Shown in pieces: positions 1 to 8,890 of a stretch of 64,000 nucleotides of DNA. Each line of letters starts with the position of its first letter. Position 1 is the stretch's first letter. The notes beneath the pieces were generated by a model. That model was not told where the DNA came from and did no database searches. It saw only the letters and a program-made list of their open reading frames with translations. The DNA is from Alphaproteobacteria bacterium (GTDB taxonomy: Bacteria; Pseudomonadota; Alphaproteobacteria; Bin95). The stretch covers positions 704,001 through 768,000 of the forward strand of contig OZ219786.1 of NCBI GenBank assembly GCA_964291285.2, given 5' to 3'. Position numbers and translations under genes: made by a program.

Positions 1-638
1 CGCCGACGGCTTCGGGTAGTCCGCGCAAGGCCACGCCCGACGGCCGCGCCTTCGGACTGCCGGGCGGGATCGCGACGGGGGTGCTGTGCGCGGCGATCGT
101 CGGCTGCTGCATCCCGATGTCGATTCCGCTGGTCCACCTCAAGGCCTACGGCACCGACCTCGGCCTCGCCCCGCAGGCGGCCGCGGCCGCGCTCTCGATG
201 GCGCTGTTCGCCAGCCTTACCTCGCGCATTCTCGGCGGTGTGCTGGCGGACCGCATCGGCGGGTTGAAGACGCTGCTGATCGGCTCGACGATCCAGTGCG
301 CGATGCTGGCCGTCATCTCGCAGGCCCGCGAGATGTGGACCCTCTACGCCGCCTGCATCGTCTTCGGCCTCGGCTATGGCGGCATCATCGGCATGTACGC
401 CTATCTCGTGCGCGAGTATTTCCCGCCGGCGGGCGCGACCCGGCGGATCGCCTGGATCTTCCTGTTCGGCACCATCGGCATGGCCGCGGGCGGGTGGCTC
501 GGCGGGCGGCTGTTCGACGCCACCGGCAGCTATGAGGCGGCGTTCCTCGCGGGCTCGGCGATCAATGCCGTGCAGCTCGCCATCGTCCTCACCCTCCTCA
601 TCCGCGCGCGCCCCGCCGCGAGTCTGGCCGCCGCCTGA
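1..638 (+). CDS. MFS transporter (5' part outside window)
   Basis: Hydrophobic ORF with MFS motif A-like GVLADRIGGLKT; frame appears open to the window edge. Confidence 0.8.
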   Translation, partial: PTASGSPRKATPDGRAFGLPGGIATGVLCAAIVGCCIPMSIPLVHLKAYGTDLGLAPQAAAAALSMALFASLTSRILGGVLADRIGGLKTLLIGSTIQCAMLAVISQAREMWTLYAACIVFGLGYGGIIGMYAYLVREYFPPAGATRRIAWIFLFGTIGMAAGGWLGGRLFDATGSYEAAFLAGSAINAVQLAIVLTLLIRARPAASLAAA

Positions 639-763
639 AGGCCCCCGCCGGGGGCTGGCCCCCGGAGCGGAAAGGGGACTACCATGACCGCCGGGGTCCG
701 GGCGGCAATGGAGCAACCGGTGCCGGCCGACTCCCCGCGCGGTAAAAATGTGGAGGAAACGGA

Positions 764-1216
764 ATGGCGAGCGTCACCATCAACGGTGAAGCCCGGACCT
801 TGGACGGTCCGGACGACACCGTCCTGTTGTGGGCCCTGCGCGACATGGCGGGCCTGACGGGAACCAAATACGGATGCGGGGCGGGCCTCTGCGGCGCCTG
901 CACGGTGCATGTGGACGGCAAGGCCGAGAAGTCCTGCATGGTGACCGTGGGCGACGTCGCCGGCAAGTCGGTCACCACCATCGAGGGCCTCTCCGCCGAC
1001 GGCAACCACCCCGTCCAGGTCGCATGGCGCGAGTTGCATGTGCCGCAATGCGGCTTCTGCCAGACCGGGCAGATCATGCAGGCCGCGAGCCTGCTGGCCG
1101 AAAACCCGAAGCCGACCGACCGGGAAATCCTGGACGGGATGGCCGACAATATCTGCCGCTGCGGCTGCTACGAGCGCATCGTCTCCGCGGTGCGGCTCGC
1201 GTCCACGGGAGTTTAG
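764..1216 (+). CDS. iorA: (2Fe-2S)-binding small subunit, isoquinoline 1-oxidoreductase/aldehyde oxidoreductase family
   Basis: GTKYGCGAGLCGACTV and QCGFCQ...CRCG motifs; RBS GGAGG upstream. Confidence 0.9.
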   Translation: MASVTINGEARTLDGPDDTVLLWALRDMAGLTGTKYGCGAGLCGACTVHVDGKAEKSCMVTVGDVAGKSVTTIEGLSADGNHPVQVAWRELHVPQCGFCQTGQIMQAASLLAENPKPTDREILDGMADNICRCGCYERIVSAVRLASTGV

Positions 1217-1219
1217 GCC

Positions 1220-3535
1220 ATGGCGCACATGATGGAAAAAGCGTTCCTCGGAACCCCCGTCCGCGAGGCGGCGAAGCTCGCCTTCGCCAATGTCTCCCGG
1301 CGGCGTTTCCTGCAGGGCTCGGCGGCCGGTTTCGCCGTCGCCGCCTTCGCCACCACGGCGGAAGGCTTCGCGCGCTACAAGACCGGCGGCGACTTCATGC
1401 CGAACGGCCTGCGCTACGACCCGCACATCTTCGTCTCCATCGACCCCGACGGCACGGTGACCATCGTCGCCCACCGCTCGGAGATGGGCACCGGCTCGCG
1501 CACCTCGCTGCCGATGGTGCTCGCCGACGAGATGGGCGCCGACTGGGGGATGGTGAAGATCGTCCAGGCGGAAGGCGACGAGGAGAAATACGGCAACCAG
1601 GACACGGACGGGTCGCGCTCCATGCGCCACCACATCCAGTCCATGCGCCAGATGGGCGCGTCGGTCCGCCATATGCTCGCCAGTGCCGCGGCCGAAAAAT
1701 GGGGCGTGGACGCCTCAGCGGTCACGGTCGGCGTGCATGAGGTCATGGGCGGCGGCAACAAGGCCGGCTTCGGCGAGCTCGCCGAGGCGGCGATGAAGCA
1801 GCCCGTGCCGGAGTTCGAGGCGCTCTCCTTCAGGGACGAGTCCGAGTTCCGATACATCGGCAAGGGCAATGTCGGCATCTACGACCTGCACGACATCACC
1901 ACGGGCAAGGCCGTTTACGGCGCCGACGTGATGCTGCCGGGCATGAAGGTGGCGGCCGTCGCCCGCCCACCGGTGGTCGGCGCCGAGGCGAAGAGCTACG
2001 ACGCGAGCGCGGCCATGGCCGTGCCCGGCGTCGAGCATGTGGTGCCGCTGCCGGCCTCGATCATGCCGGCCAAGTTCGCCCCGCTCGGCGGCGTCGCCGT
2101 CATCGCCTCCAACACGGATGCCGCGATCAAGGGCCGCGACGCGCTGGAGATCCAGTGGGGCGACAGCCCGCATGGCGGCTACACCTCCGAATCCTACCTG
2201 GAAGAGATGCGGGCGGCGGCGAAACAGCCGGGCCAGGTGCTGCGGGCCGAGGGCGACGCTGCGGCGGCGTTCGCGGGCGCGGCGAAGACCTTCGGGCAGG
2301 AGTACAGCCAGGCGCACATGGCGCACGCGATGATGGAGCCGCCCGCGGCGGTCGCCAGCGTCGCGGACGGCAAGTGCGAGGTCTGGGCGCCGGTGCAGTC
2401 CCCCTTCGGCGCGCGCGGCGATGTCGCGGCGGCGCTGGAGATGGACGCCGCCGACGTGCGCGTGAACGTGACCCTGCTCGGCGGCGGGTTCGGCCGCAAG
2501 TCCAAGTGCGACTTCGTCATCGAGGCGGCGCTGCTCAGCCAGAAGCTCGGCATGCCGATCAAGGTGCAGTGGACGCGCGAGGACGATATCCGGCACAGCT
2601 TCTACCACACCACCTCGGTGGAGCGGATCGAGGTTGCGCTGGACGCCGCGGACAAGGTGACCGGCTGGCGTCACAACTCGGTGGCGCCGTCGATCCTGTC
2701 CACCTTCGCGCCGGACAGCGGCCACCAGTTCTTCATCGAGAGCGGGATGGGGCATGTCGATATCCCCTTCGAAATCCCGAACCTCTCGGTCGAGAACGGC
2801 AAGGCGATGGCGCACACCCGCATCGGCTGGTTCCGCTCGGTGTCGAACATTCCGCGCGCCTGGGCGGTGCAGTCCTTCGCCTCGGAGCTTGCGGCCGAAC
2901 TCGGGCGCGACGATCTTGAGGTGATGCTGGAGCTGATCGGTTCCGACCGGAAGCTCGACCCGCCGAAGCAGGGCTTCCCGGAGAACTTCTGGGACTATGG
3001 CGAGGTGTATGACGAGTATCCGATCGACACTATGCGCCTGAAGAACGTCCTCAAACTGGCCGCCGAGAAGGGCGGCTGGGGCCGGCAGATGCCGGCCGGC
3101 GAGGGCCTCGGCCTCGCGGTGCACCGCTCCTTTGTCACCTATGTGGCGACGTGCGCGCATGTGAAGATCGTGGATGGCAGAATCACCGTGCCCGAGATGC
3201 ACATGGCGGTGGACTGCGGCTTCGCGGCCAATCCGGAGCGCATCCGCAGCCAGATGGAAGGCTCGGCGGTGCAGGGCATGACCATCGCGCTCTACAGCGG
3301 CGTCACCTTCGAGAACGGCGCTGCGGTGCAGTCGAACTACCACGACTACCAGATGGTGCGTTCGGACAACTTCCCCGAGAAGGTGCATACGCACATCGTG
3401 CCGCATCCCTTCTCGGTCCACGCCTCGGGCGTGGGCGAGCCGGGCGTGCCGCCCGTTGCGCCGGCGATCGGCAATGCGGTCTTCCACGCGACGGGCAAGC
3501 GCATGCGCGACCTGCCCATGGGCGACACCGTCTGA
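1220..3535 (+). CDS. iorB: Molybdopterin-binding large subunit, isoquinoline 1-oxidoreductase beta family, Tat-exported
   Basis: SRRRFL Tat motif, EMGTG, LGGGFGRK, GVGEPGVPP; directly follows the 2Fe-2S subunit. Confidence 0.9.
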   Translation: MAHMMEKAFLGTPVREAAKLAFANVSRRRFLQGSAAGFAVAAFATTAEGFARYKTGGDFMPNGLRYDPHIFVSIDPDGTVTIVAHRSEMGTGSRTSLPMVLADEMGADWGMVKIVQAEGDEEKYGNQDTDGSRSMRHHIQSMRQMGASVRHMLASAAAEKWGVDASAVTVGVHEVMGGGNKAGFGELAEAAMKQPVPEFEALSFRDESEFRYIGKGNVGIYDLHDITTGKAVYGADVMLPGMKVAAVARPPVVGAEAKSYDASAAMAVPGVEHVVPLPASIMPAKFAPLGGVAVIASNTDAAIKGRDALEIQWGDSPHGGYTSESYLEEMRAAAKQPGQVLRAEGDAAAAFAGAAKTFGQEYSQAHMAHAMMEPPAAVASVADGKCEVWAPVQSPFGARGDVAAALEMDAADVRVNVTLLGGGFGRKSKCDFVIEAALLSQKLGMPIKVQWTREDDIRHSFYHTTSVERIEVALDAADKVTGWRHNSVAPSILSTFAPDSGHQFFIESGMGHVDIPFEIPNLSVENGKAMAHTRIGWFRSVSNIPRAWAVQSFASELAAELGRDDLEVMLELIGSDRKLDPPKQGFPENFWDYGEVYDEYPIDTMRLKNVLKLAAEKGGWGRQMPAGEGLGLAVHRSFVTYVATCAHVKIVDGRITVPEMHMAVDCGFAANPERIRSQMEGSAVQGMTIALYSGVTFENGAAVQSNYHDYQMVRSDNFPEKVHTHIVPHPFSVHASGVGEPGVPPVAPAIGNAVFHATGKRMRDLPMGDTV

Positions 3536-3560
3536 TTCGCCTCCGGGCGCAAGGACAGGG

Positions 3561-3592
3561 AAAGGGCCGGCCTCGCGTCGGCCCTTTTTCTT
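3561..3592 (+). terminator. Rho-independent terminator after iorB
   Basis: Stem AAAGGGCCG / CGGCCCTTT followed by T-rich tail. Confidence 0.7.
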
Positions 3593-3675
3593 CGGCAGCA
3601 TCCCGGCCTGTGACGAGCGCGCTCACAGGTTTACACTGTCCGGGCGGCGCATCCGGGAAAGGAACTCCCCCGAGC

Positions 3676-4665
3676 ATGGCCATCGATGCAATTCCGGCAA
3701 TCGACCTCGGGCCCTGGCGGTCCGGGGCTGACAGGGAGCGGCGGGAGGTGGCCGGGCAGGTCGCCCGGGCCTGCGAGACTATCGGCTTCCTCATCGTCTC
3801 CGGCCACGGCATCCCGCAGGAGGTCATCGACCGCGCCTTTTCGGTCTCGCGGGCGTTCTTCGACCTGCCCGTGGAGGAAAAGGCGCGGTTCATGCCGGAA
3901 GACGGCGTGGCGCCGCGCGGCTACCACGCCGTCGCGACGCGGAACCTCGCCCGCACCTACGGGCTGGAGACGCCGCCCGACCTGAGGGAGCAGTTCTTCA
4001 TCGGCCCCCTGGTCCCGCAGGCCGACCGGTTCGCCCATATTCCCGAAGCCGCGCTCTACTATTCGGAGAATATCTGGCCGGCCCGTCCCGCCGCCTACAG
4101 AGAGGCCCTGACGGAATTCTATCGCGCGTTCGAGTCCCTTGCAGAGCGCCTGATGGGGATTTTCGCCGTGGCGCTCGGGCTCCCCGAGGCGTTTTTCGAC
4201 GACAAGATCGACAGGCATTTCAGCACCTGCCCGTCGAACCACTACCCCGTCATCGAGGACGACCCGCAGCCGGGCCAGCTCCGCTGCGGCGCACACACCG
4301 ATTTCGGCAGCCTGACGATCCTCGCCTTCAACGATGCGCCGGGCGGCCTGCAGGCGCAGATGCCGGACGGCTCCTGGCTGGATGTCCGGCCCGGGCCGGG
4401 GCAGCTGGTCGTCAATCTGGGCGACATGATGCAGCGCTGGACCAATGACCGCTGGAAATCCACCGTCCACCGCGTCGTCAATCCGCCGGCGGAACGGCGC
4501 GGGCAAAGCCGCCGCCAGACCATCGGCTATTTCCTGCACCCGAACTACGACGCCGAGATCGACTGCCTGGAAGGCTGCTGCGGCCCGGGCAACCCGGCGA
4601 AATACTCCCGGATCATGGCCGGCGACCACATGCGCGAAAAGCTGGAACGCCGGATCGACGGATAG
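3676..4665 (+). CDS. 2-oxoglutarate/Fe(II) dioxygenase, isopenicillin N synthase family
   Basis: IPAIDL N-terminus, HTDFG (HxD), VHRV, RQTIGYF; ATG at 3676 chosen over the upstream ORF extension. Confidence 0.85.
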   Translation: MAIDAIPAIDLGPWRSGADRERREVAGQVARACETIGFLIVSGHGIPQEVIDRAFSVSRAFFDLPVEEKARFMPEDGVAPRGYHAVATRNLARTYGLETPPDLREQFFIGPLVPQADRFAHIPEAALYYSENIWPARPAAYREALTEFYRAFESLAERLMGIFAVALGLPEAFFDDKIDRHFSTCPSNHYPVIEDDPQPGQLRCGAHTDFGSLTILAFNDAPGGLQAQMPDGSWLDVRPGPGQLVVNLGDMMQRWTNDRWKSTVHRVVNPPAERRGQSRRQTIGYFLHPNYDAEIDCLEGCCGPGNPAKYSRIMAGDHMREKLERRIDG

Positions 4666-4691
4666 GCGGGAGCGAGGCGGCCATAACCACC

Positions 4692-5558
4692 TTGGGATTC
4701 ATCGGGCTCGGCGCGATGGGCAGGCCCATGTGTCGGAACCTCATCAGGCGCGCCGGCCTGCCGGTCATCGTCCACGATGCGGACCCCGAGGCGGGCGCCG
4801 CCTGCGTCCGGGAAGGATGCGTCGCTGCCGCGGATGCGGGGCAGGTGGCGCGCGAATGCGACATCGTCTTCCTGTCGCTGCCGGGCGCGGCGGAGGTCCG
4901 CCTCGTCTGCCAGGACGTGCTGGCGCAGGCGCGCCCCGGCAGCATCACCGTCGATTGCAGCACGGTGCCGCTGGCGCTCACCCGCGAGCTTGCCGCCGCC
5001 TTTGCGGAGAAGGGCGCGCGCTATGTCGATGCCCCGGTCGCCGGGACGGTCCGGACGGTGGCCGACCGGCAGATCAGCATCATGGCCGGGGCGGACGGGG
5101 AGACCTTCGCCCGGCTGGCGCCGCTGCTGGACTGCATGGCGGAGACGGTGCTGCATTGCGGCGCAAGCGGCAGCGGCACGGTGACGAAGCTGCTGCTGAA
5201 CACGGTGCTCGCCCAGTCCGTCGCCGCGCTCGCCGAGGCGCTGCTGCTCGGCCGCCGGGCGGGCGTGGACGGCGAGCGCCTGTTCGAGGCGTTCCGCCAC
5301 GGCTGCGACAGCTTCGCGCTCCGGCAGCACGGCATGACGGCCCTGCTGCCCGGCCGCTTCCCCGAAGGCCGGTTCCCGACGCGCTACATGCTGAAGGACC
5401 TCGACTATGCGATGGAACTGAAGGAGTCGCTGGGGATGACGCTCGGGGGCATGGACGCGGCGCACGGCCTGCTGGAGCGCGCCGTCGCCGCGGGCCTCGG
5501 CGACGCCTACTGGCCGGCGCTGATCGAGGTCATCGACGGGGATAGGAAATGCGGGTAG
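4692..5558 (+). CDS. NAD(P)-dependent oxidoreductase, 3-hydroxyisobutyrate dehydrogenase family
   Basis: GFIGLGAMG Rossmann motif, DAPVAG, KLLLN, LKDL; start codon uncertain. Confidence 0.85.
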   Translation: MGFIGLGAMGRPMCRNLIRRAGLPVIVHDADPEAGAACVREGCVAAADAGQVARECDIVFLSLPGAAEVRLVCQDVLAQARPGSITVDCSTVPLALTRELAAAFAEKGARYVDAPVAGTVRTVADRQISIMAGADGETFARLAPLLDCMAETVLHCGASGSGTVTKLLLNTVLAQSVAALAEALLLGRRAGVDGERLFEAFRHGCDSFALRQHGMTALLPGRFPEGRFPTRYMLKDLDYAMELKESLGMTLGGMDAAHGLLERAVAAGLGDAYWPALIEVIDGDRKCG

Positions 5559-6694
5559 CGGACGGCGCGCCGGTTAACGGCCGTTGCGAGGGGCGTTTCG
5601 CCGTCGTGGCCGAAGCGTTCGCGGAGAATTTCCGCAGCCGCGGCGAAGCCGGCGCGGCCGTCGCCGTCACCCTGAACGGCGAGCCGGTCATCGACCTCTG
5701 GGGCGGCTTCGCCGACAGCGCCCGCACGCGGCCCTGGGCGGAGGACACGCTGGTCTGCATGATGTCGGTCGCCAAGGCGGTGACGGCGCTCTGCGCCGCG
5801 ATGGCCGTGGACCGGGGGCTGATCGGCTGGCACGAGCCGGTGGCGCGCTACTGGCCGGAATTCGCGGCCGCCGGCAAGGCCGGTATTCCCGTGCGATGGG
5901 TCCTCGACCATCGCGCCGGCCTGGCGGCAATCGCGCAGGCCATGCCCGAAGGCGCGGCCTACGACTGGGAGGCGATGACCGGGGCGCTGGCGGGGCAGGC
6001 GCCGCTGTCTGCGCCGGGCAGGTCGCGCGCCTACCATTCCGTCACCCTGGGCTACCTTGTCGGCGAGCTGATAAGGCGCACCGACGGGCGGAGCCTCGGG
6101 CGTTTCCTCGCCGAGGAGGTCTGCGCGCCGCACGGCATCGACTACTGGATCGGCCTGCCGCCGGCCCTGCACGGCAGGTGCGCGGAGTTCTTCGGCGAGA
6201 CCGCCGACACGCTGTTCGACCGCTCGGACCCGGACTCCCTGATGTGTCGGGCAATGGCGCAGGTGCCGCCGGAGGACTTCAACACGGAGCGGTTCCGCGC
6301 CGCGGAAATCCCTTCGATCAACGGCATCGGCACGGCGCGCGGCGTCGCGAAGCTCTTCGACAGCCTCGCCGGCGGCGGCGTGCTGGACGGCAGGCGGCTG
6401 CTGAGCGCGGAGGTGCTGGCGGAAGCCACGGCCGAGCAGTGGTTCGGCAGGGAAGACCTGCTGGGGCACACCCGCCGCATGGCGCTCGGTTTCGCGCTCG
6501 GCCTGCCGGGGCACCTGGCGATGGGGCCGAGCCCGCGCGCCTTCGGGCACACCGGCGCGGGCGGCGCCATCGGCTTCGCCGACCCGGACGCGGGCCTCGG
6601 CTTCGCCTACGCGCCCAACCGCATGCATTCCGGCCCCGGCATCAGCCCGCGCCTCAGCGCCCTCGTGGACGCCCTCTACGCCGCGCTCGCCTGA
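5549..6694 (+). CDS. Serine hydrolase (beta-lactamase-fold esterase, family VIII-like)
   Basis: SVAK (SxxK), AYHS, FGHTGAGG motifs. Confidence 0.85.
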   Translation: MRVADGAPVNGRCEGRFAVVAEAFAENFRSRGEAGAAVAVTLNGEPVIDLWGGFADSARTRPWAEDTLVCMMSVAKAVTALCAAMAVDRGLIGWHEPVARYWPEFAAAGKAGIPVRWVLDHRAGLAAIAQAMPEGAAYDWEAMTGALAGQAPLSAPGRSRAYHSVTLGYLVGELIRRTDGRSLGRFLAEEVCAPHGIDYWIGLPPALHGRCAEFFGETADTLFDRSDPDSLMCRAMAQVPPEDFNTERFRAAEIPSINGIGTARGVAKLFDSLAGGGVLDGRRLLSAEVLAEATAEQWFGREDLLGHTRRMALGFALGLPGHLAMGPSPRAFGHTGAGGAIGFADPDAGLGFAYAPNRMHSGPGISPRLSALVDALYAALA

Positions 6695-6795
6695 CTCCCT
6701 TCATCGAACAAATTCCGATGCGAAAGATTGACTGAAGCCATGATAATGCGATTAGTTTGCATTCTTAATTGGAACATGCAGAGCTTGAACACGAT

Positions 6796-7366
6796 CCGTT
6801 CAGGTTGACCCGGCCCCGTCCGCAAAGCCTCAATCATCGCCCCGGCCCCCCGATCGGGGGCGATGAAGGTGTATGGCAAAAAATTCCTGAAATTTATGCA
6901 ATGATTCCTTATTTGGGACTTGCACCTGAGAAAACAGTGATATGATGGGTCCGAAGTAAGCGGCATCCGGAGCCGCTTCCCGCTCGTGCCGGCCCGGTGC
7001 GGAACGACCCCGATTCAGCCGACAGGCGAAGTGCGTCCTGCGCCTGCCCCGCGCACGCGCAATCAGGCGCGCGAACCGCGCCGGCGCAAACGCCCGCCCC
7101 CGCCGGCACAGGCGCCCGCGCGGGATACGCGCGAATCAGGGTCCCGCCGCTGAGGCAACCGGGCGGCGGGAAGAACGGAACGAAGACGGATCGAAAGGAG
7201 AGACCCATGCCAAAGACGCGAAGCCGGGGACACCGGATGGAATACCCGGAGCCCATGCCCGAACAGGTCACGGGATATGCGCCGCGCGCATGCAGATCAT
7301 GACATCTCATGACATATCGCACGGGGTCCCGCCGGCCCGCATGACAAAACATGACATCCCATGACA
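6796..7366 (+). repeat. Dispersed element copy A (promoter, structured leader, RBS and short ORF, CATGACA repeats)
   Basis: Colinear similarity to 26551-27298 and, on the reverse strand, 41532-41950; 29-bp core GCAATCAGGCGCGCGAACCGCGCCGGCGC at 7059-7087 is identical in all three; CATGACA at 7298, 7308, 7340, 7350, 7360. Confidence 0.85.
6938..6946 (+). promoter_or_regulatory. Extended -10 promoter-like motif TGaTATGAT of element copy A
   Basis: TGn-TATGAT in an AT-rich tract; same motif at the equivalent position in copy B (26714-26722). Confidence 0.5.
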
Positions 7367-7438
7367 TGTTCGACCGGTGTTCCTGTCCTGGCGGCAGGCG
7401 CGGGGCCGGGATGCGGGGCTGTCGGAACGGGGCCCGCT

Positions 7439-8890
7439 CTAAAACACCGACGCCCAGCGCTTGAGCAGGGCTTGCTCCAGGTTCCGCGCCCGGTCGAGCC
7501 ACGCTTCGCCCTGCTCCCGCTCTTCTTCTCCCGGCTCGGGACCGAGCGCATCGAGGCGCCGGCGCTCGTCGAGGTCGCTGGTGAAGAGCGCGAAGGCCAG
7601 CCTTCGTCCGGACGCCGCGTGCAGATATCCGGCAAGGCCGCGCCCGTAATACATGCTGCCGGTCTTTGCCCAGACGCGGAACGCCAGCGCGGGGTCTTCC
7701 TCCCAGCCGGCCAGCGAGCCCTTCCAGCCGGAAATCGGCAGGAGCGATTCGAAGCTGCGGCCCCCGTAGCGCCGGCCGTCGGCATAGCGGAGCAGCGCCG
7801 CCATCCGCCGGGGCGAGGCGCGCGACCGGCTGCTGAGGCCGGAATGGCGGTCGAGCAGCCAGCCCGTCCCATCCCCGCCCAGGCGCCGGTCGAGCTCCGC
7901 CTGCAGGCGGGCGGCGGAGGCCTCCAGCGCCTCGGGCCGGCCGGCCAGCTTGCGGGAGGCTCCGAGGCCCATCAGTTCGGCAACGAGATTGTTGCTGTAT
8001 TGCAGGGAAAGGGCGGCGATATCGACCAGCCGCGGACCGCGATGGCGGGCGACGGGCCGGGCGTCCACCGGCGCGGTCCCGGCCTCCGGTCGGGTAAGCG
8101 CCAGCCCCTGCATGGCCGCAAGCTCGCGGAAGACGGAGGCCGTGAACCGGGACGGCCGGCGCACCGGCACCCATGTCCTTCCCGGCCTGCGGGCCGTCAC
8201 CCGCCAGCTCGGCCCGTCCGGCGTTTCGAGGCGGTGGAAGAGCGCCTCGCCCTTGCCCAGGGCAGCCCGCAGCGGCGCGAGATCGCCGGCCGGCAGGGCG
8301 AAGGCCGCAAGTCCGCCGCCCTGTTTCGCGCCCCACACCAGGCGCCGCCGGTTGAAGGACAGCGAGAGCGCCGAAACGCCCGGATTGTAGGTTGCGCGGT
8401 CGCTCTGCCCCGCGTCGATTTCGGCAGCGGGCAGAAGCAGGCCGTCGTCGTAGAAGAGGCCGGCCCGGGCGATGCCGGCTTCGGCGCCGGCCCGCGCGAG
8501 CGACATCAGGTCCTCCACGGCGAGCAGCGGGTCGCCGCCGCCCACCAGGTAGAGCCGGTCGCCGGAACGCCTGAGGCTCGTCTCGAAGCGGTGCTCGCCG
8601 CCGAGGATCTCGAGCGCTGCAACGGCGGTTGCAATCTTGGCGGTCGAGGCGGGCAGGAAGGCTTCGTCCGCCCGCCGCGACGCCAGCACGGCGCCGCCAT
8701 CGAGGTCGATCACGACATAGCCGGTGCCGGCGCCTTCGAGCCCGGCGGCGGCGATCAGCGCCTCGGCGGGCGGCGGCGGCGTTTCCGGCTGCGCGGCCGA
8801 GAGAGGCGGCAGCGCCAGCGCTGCGGAGAGCGCCAGCGCCGCCAGAGGCCGCCGGCCCGCTCTCCTCAACTCGGCAGGAAGCGTTCGCAA
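7439..8890 (-). CDS. dacB: D-alanyl-D-alanine carboxypeptidase/endopeptidase (PBP4, peptidase S13)
   Basis: PASTAK (SxxK), YSNN (SxN), AKTGS (KTG), signal peptide. Confidence 0.88.
   Translation of the reverse strand: MRTLPAELRRAGRRPLAALALSAALALPPLSAAQPETPPPPAEALIAAAGLEGAGTGYVVIDLDGGAVLASRRADEAFLPASTAKIATAVAALEILGGEHRFETSLRRSGDRLYLVGGGDPLLAVEDLMSLARAGAEAGIARAGLFYDDGLLLPAAEIDAGQSDRATYNPGVSALSLSFNRRRLVWGAKQGGGLAAFALPAGDLAPLRAALGKGEALFHRLETPDGPSWRVTARRPGRTWVPVRRPSRFTASVFRELAAMQGLALTRPEAGTAPVDARPVARHRGPRLVDIAALSLQYSNNLVAELMGLGASRKLAGRPEALEASAARLQAELDRRLGGDGTGWLLDRHSGLSSRSRASPRRMAALLRYADGRRYGGRSFESLLPISGWKGSLAGWEEDPALAFRVWAKTGSMYYGRGLAGYLHAASGRRLAFALFTSDLDERRRLDALGPEPGEEEREQGEAWLDRARNLEQALLKRWASVF

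Noticed and set aside
4683-4694. Non-canonical ATA start for the dehydrogenase gene
   Set aside because: TTG at 4692 is an adequate start; cannot be resolved from sequence alone
7298-7366. CATGACA arrays as a CRISPR array
   Set aside because: 7-bp units with 3-bp spacers, no 25-45 bp unique spacers and no cas genes
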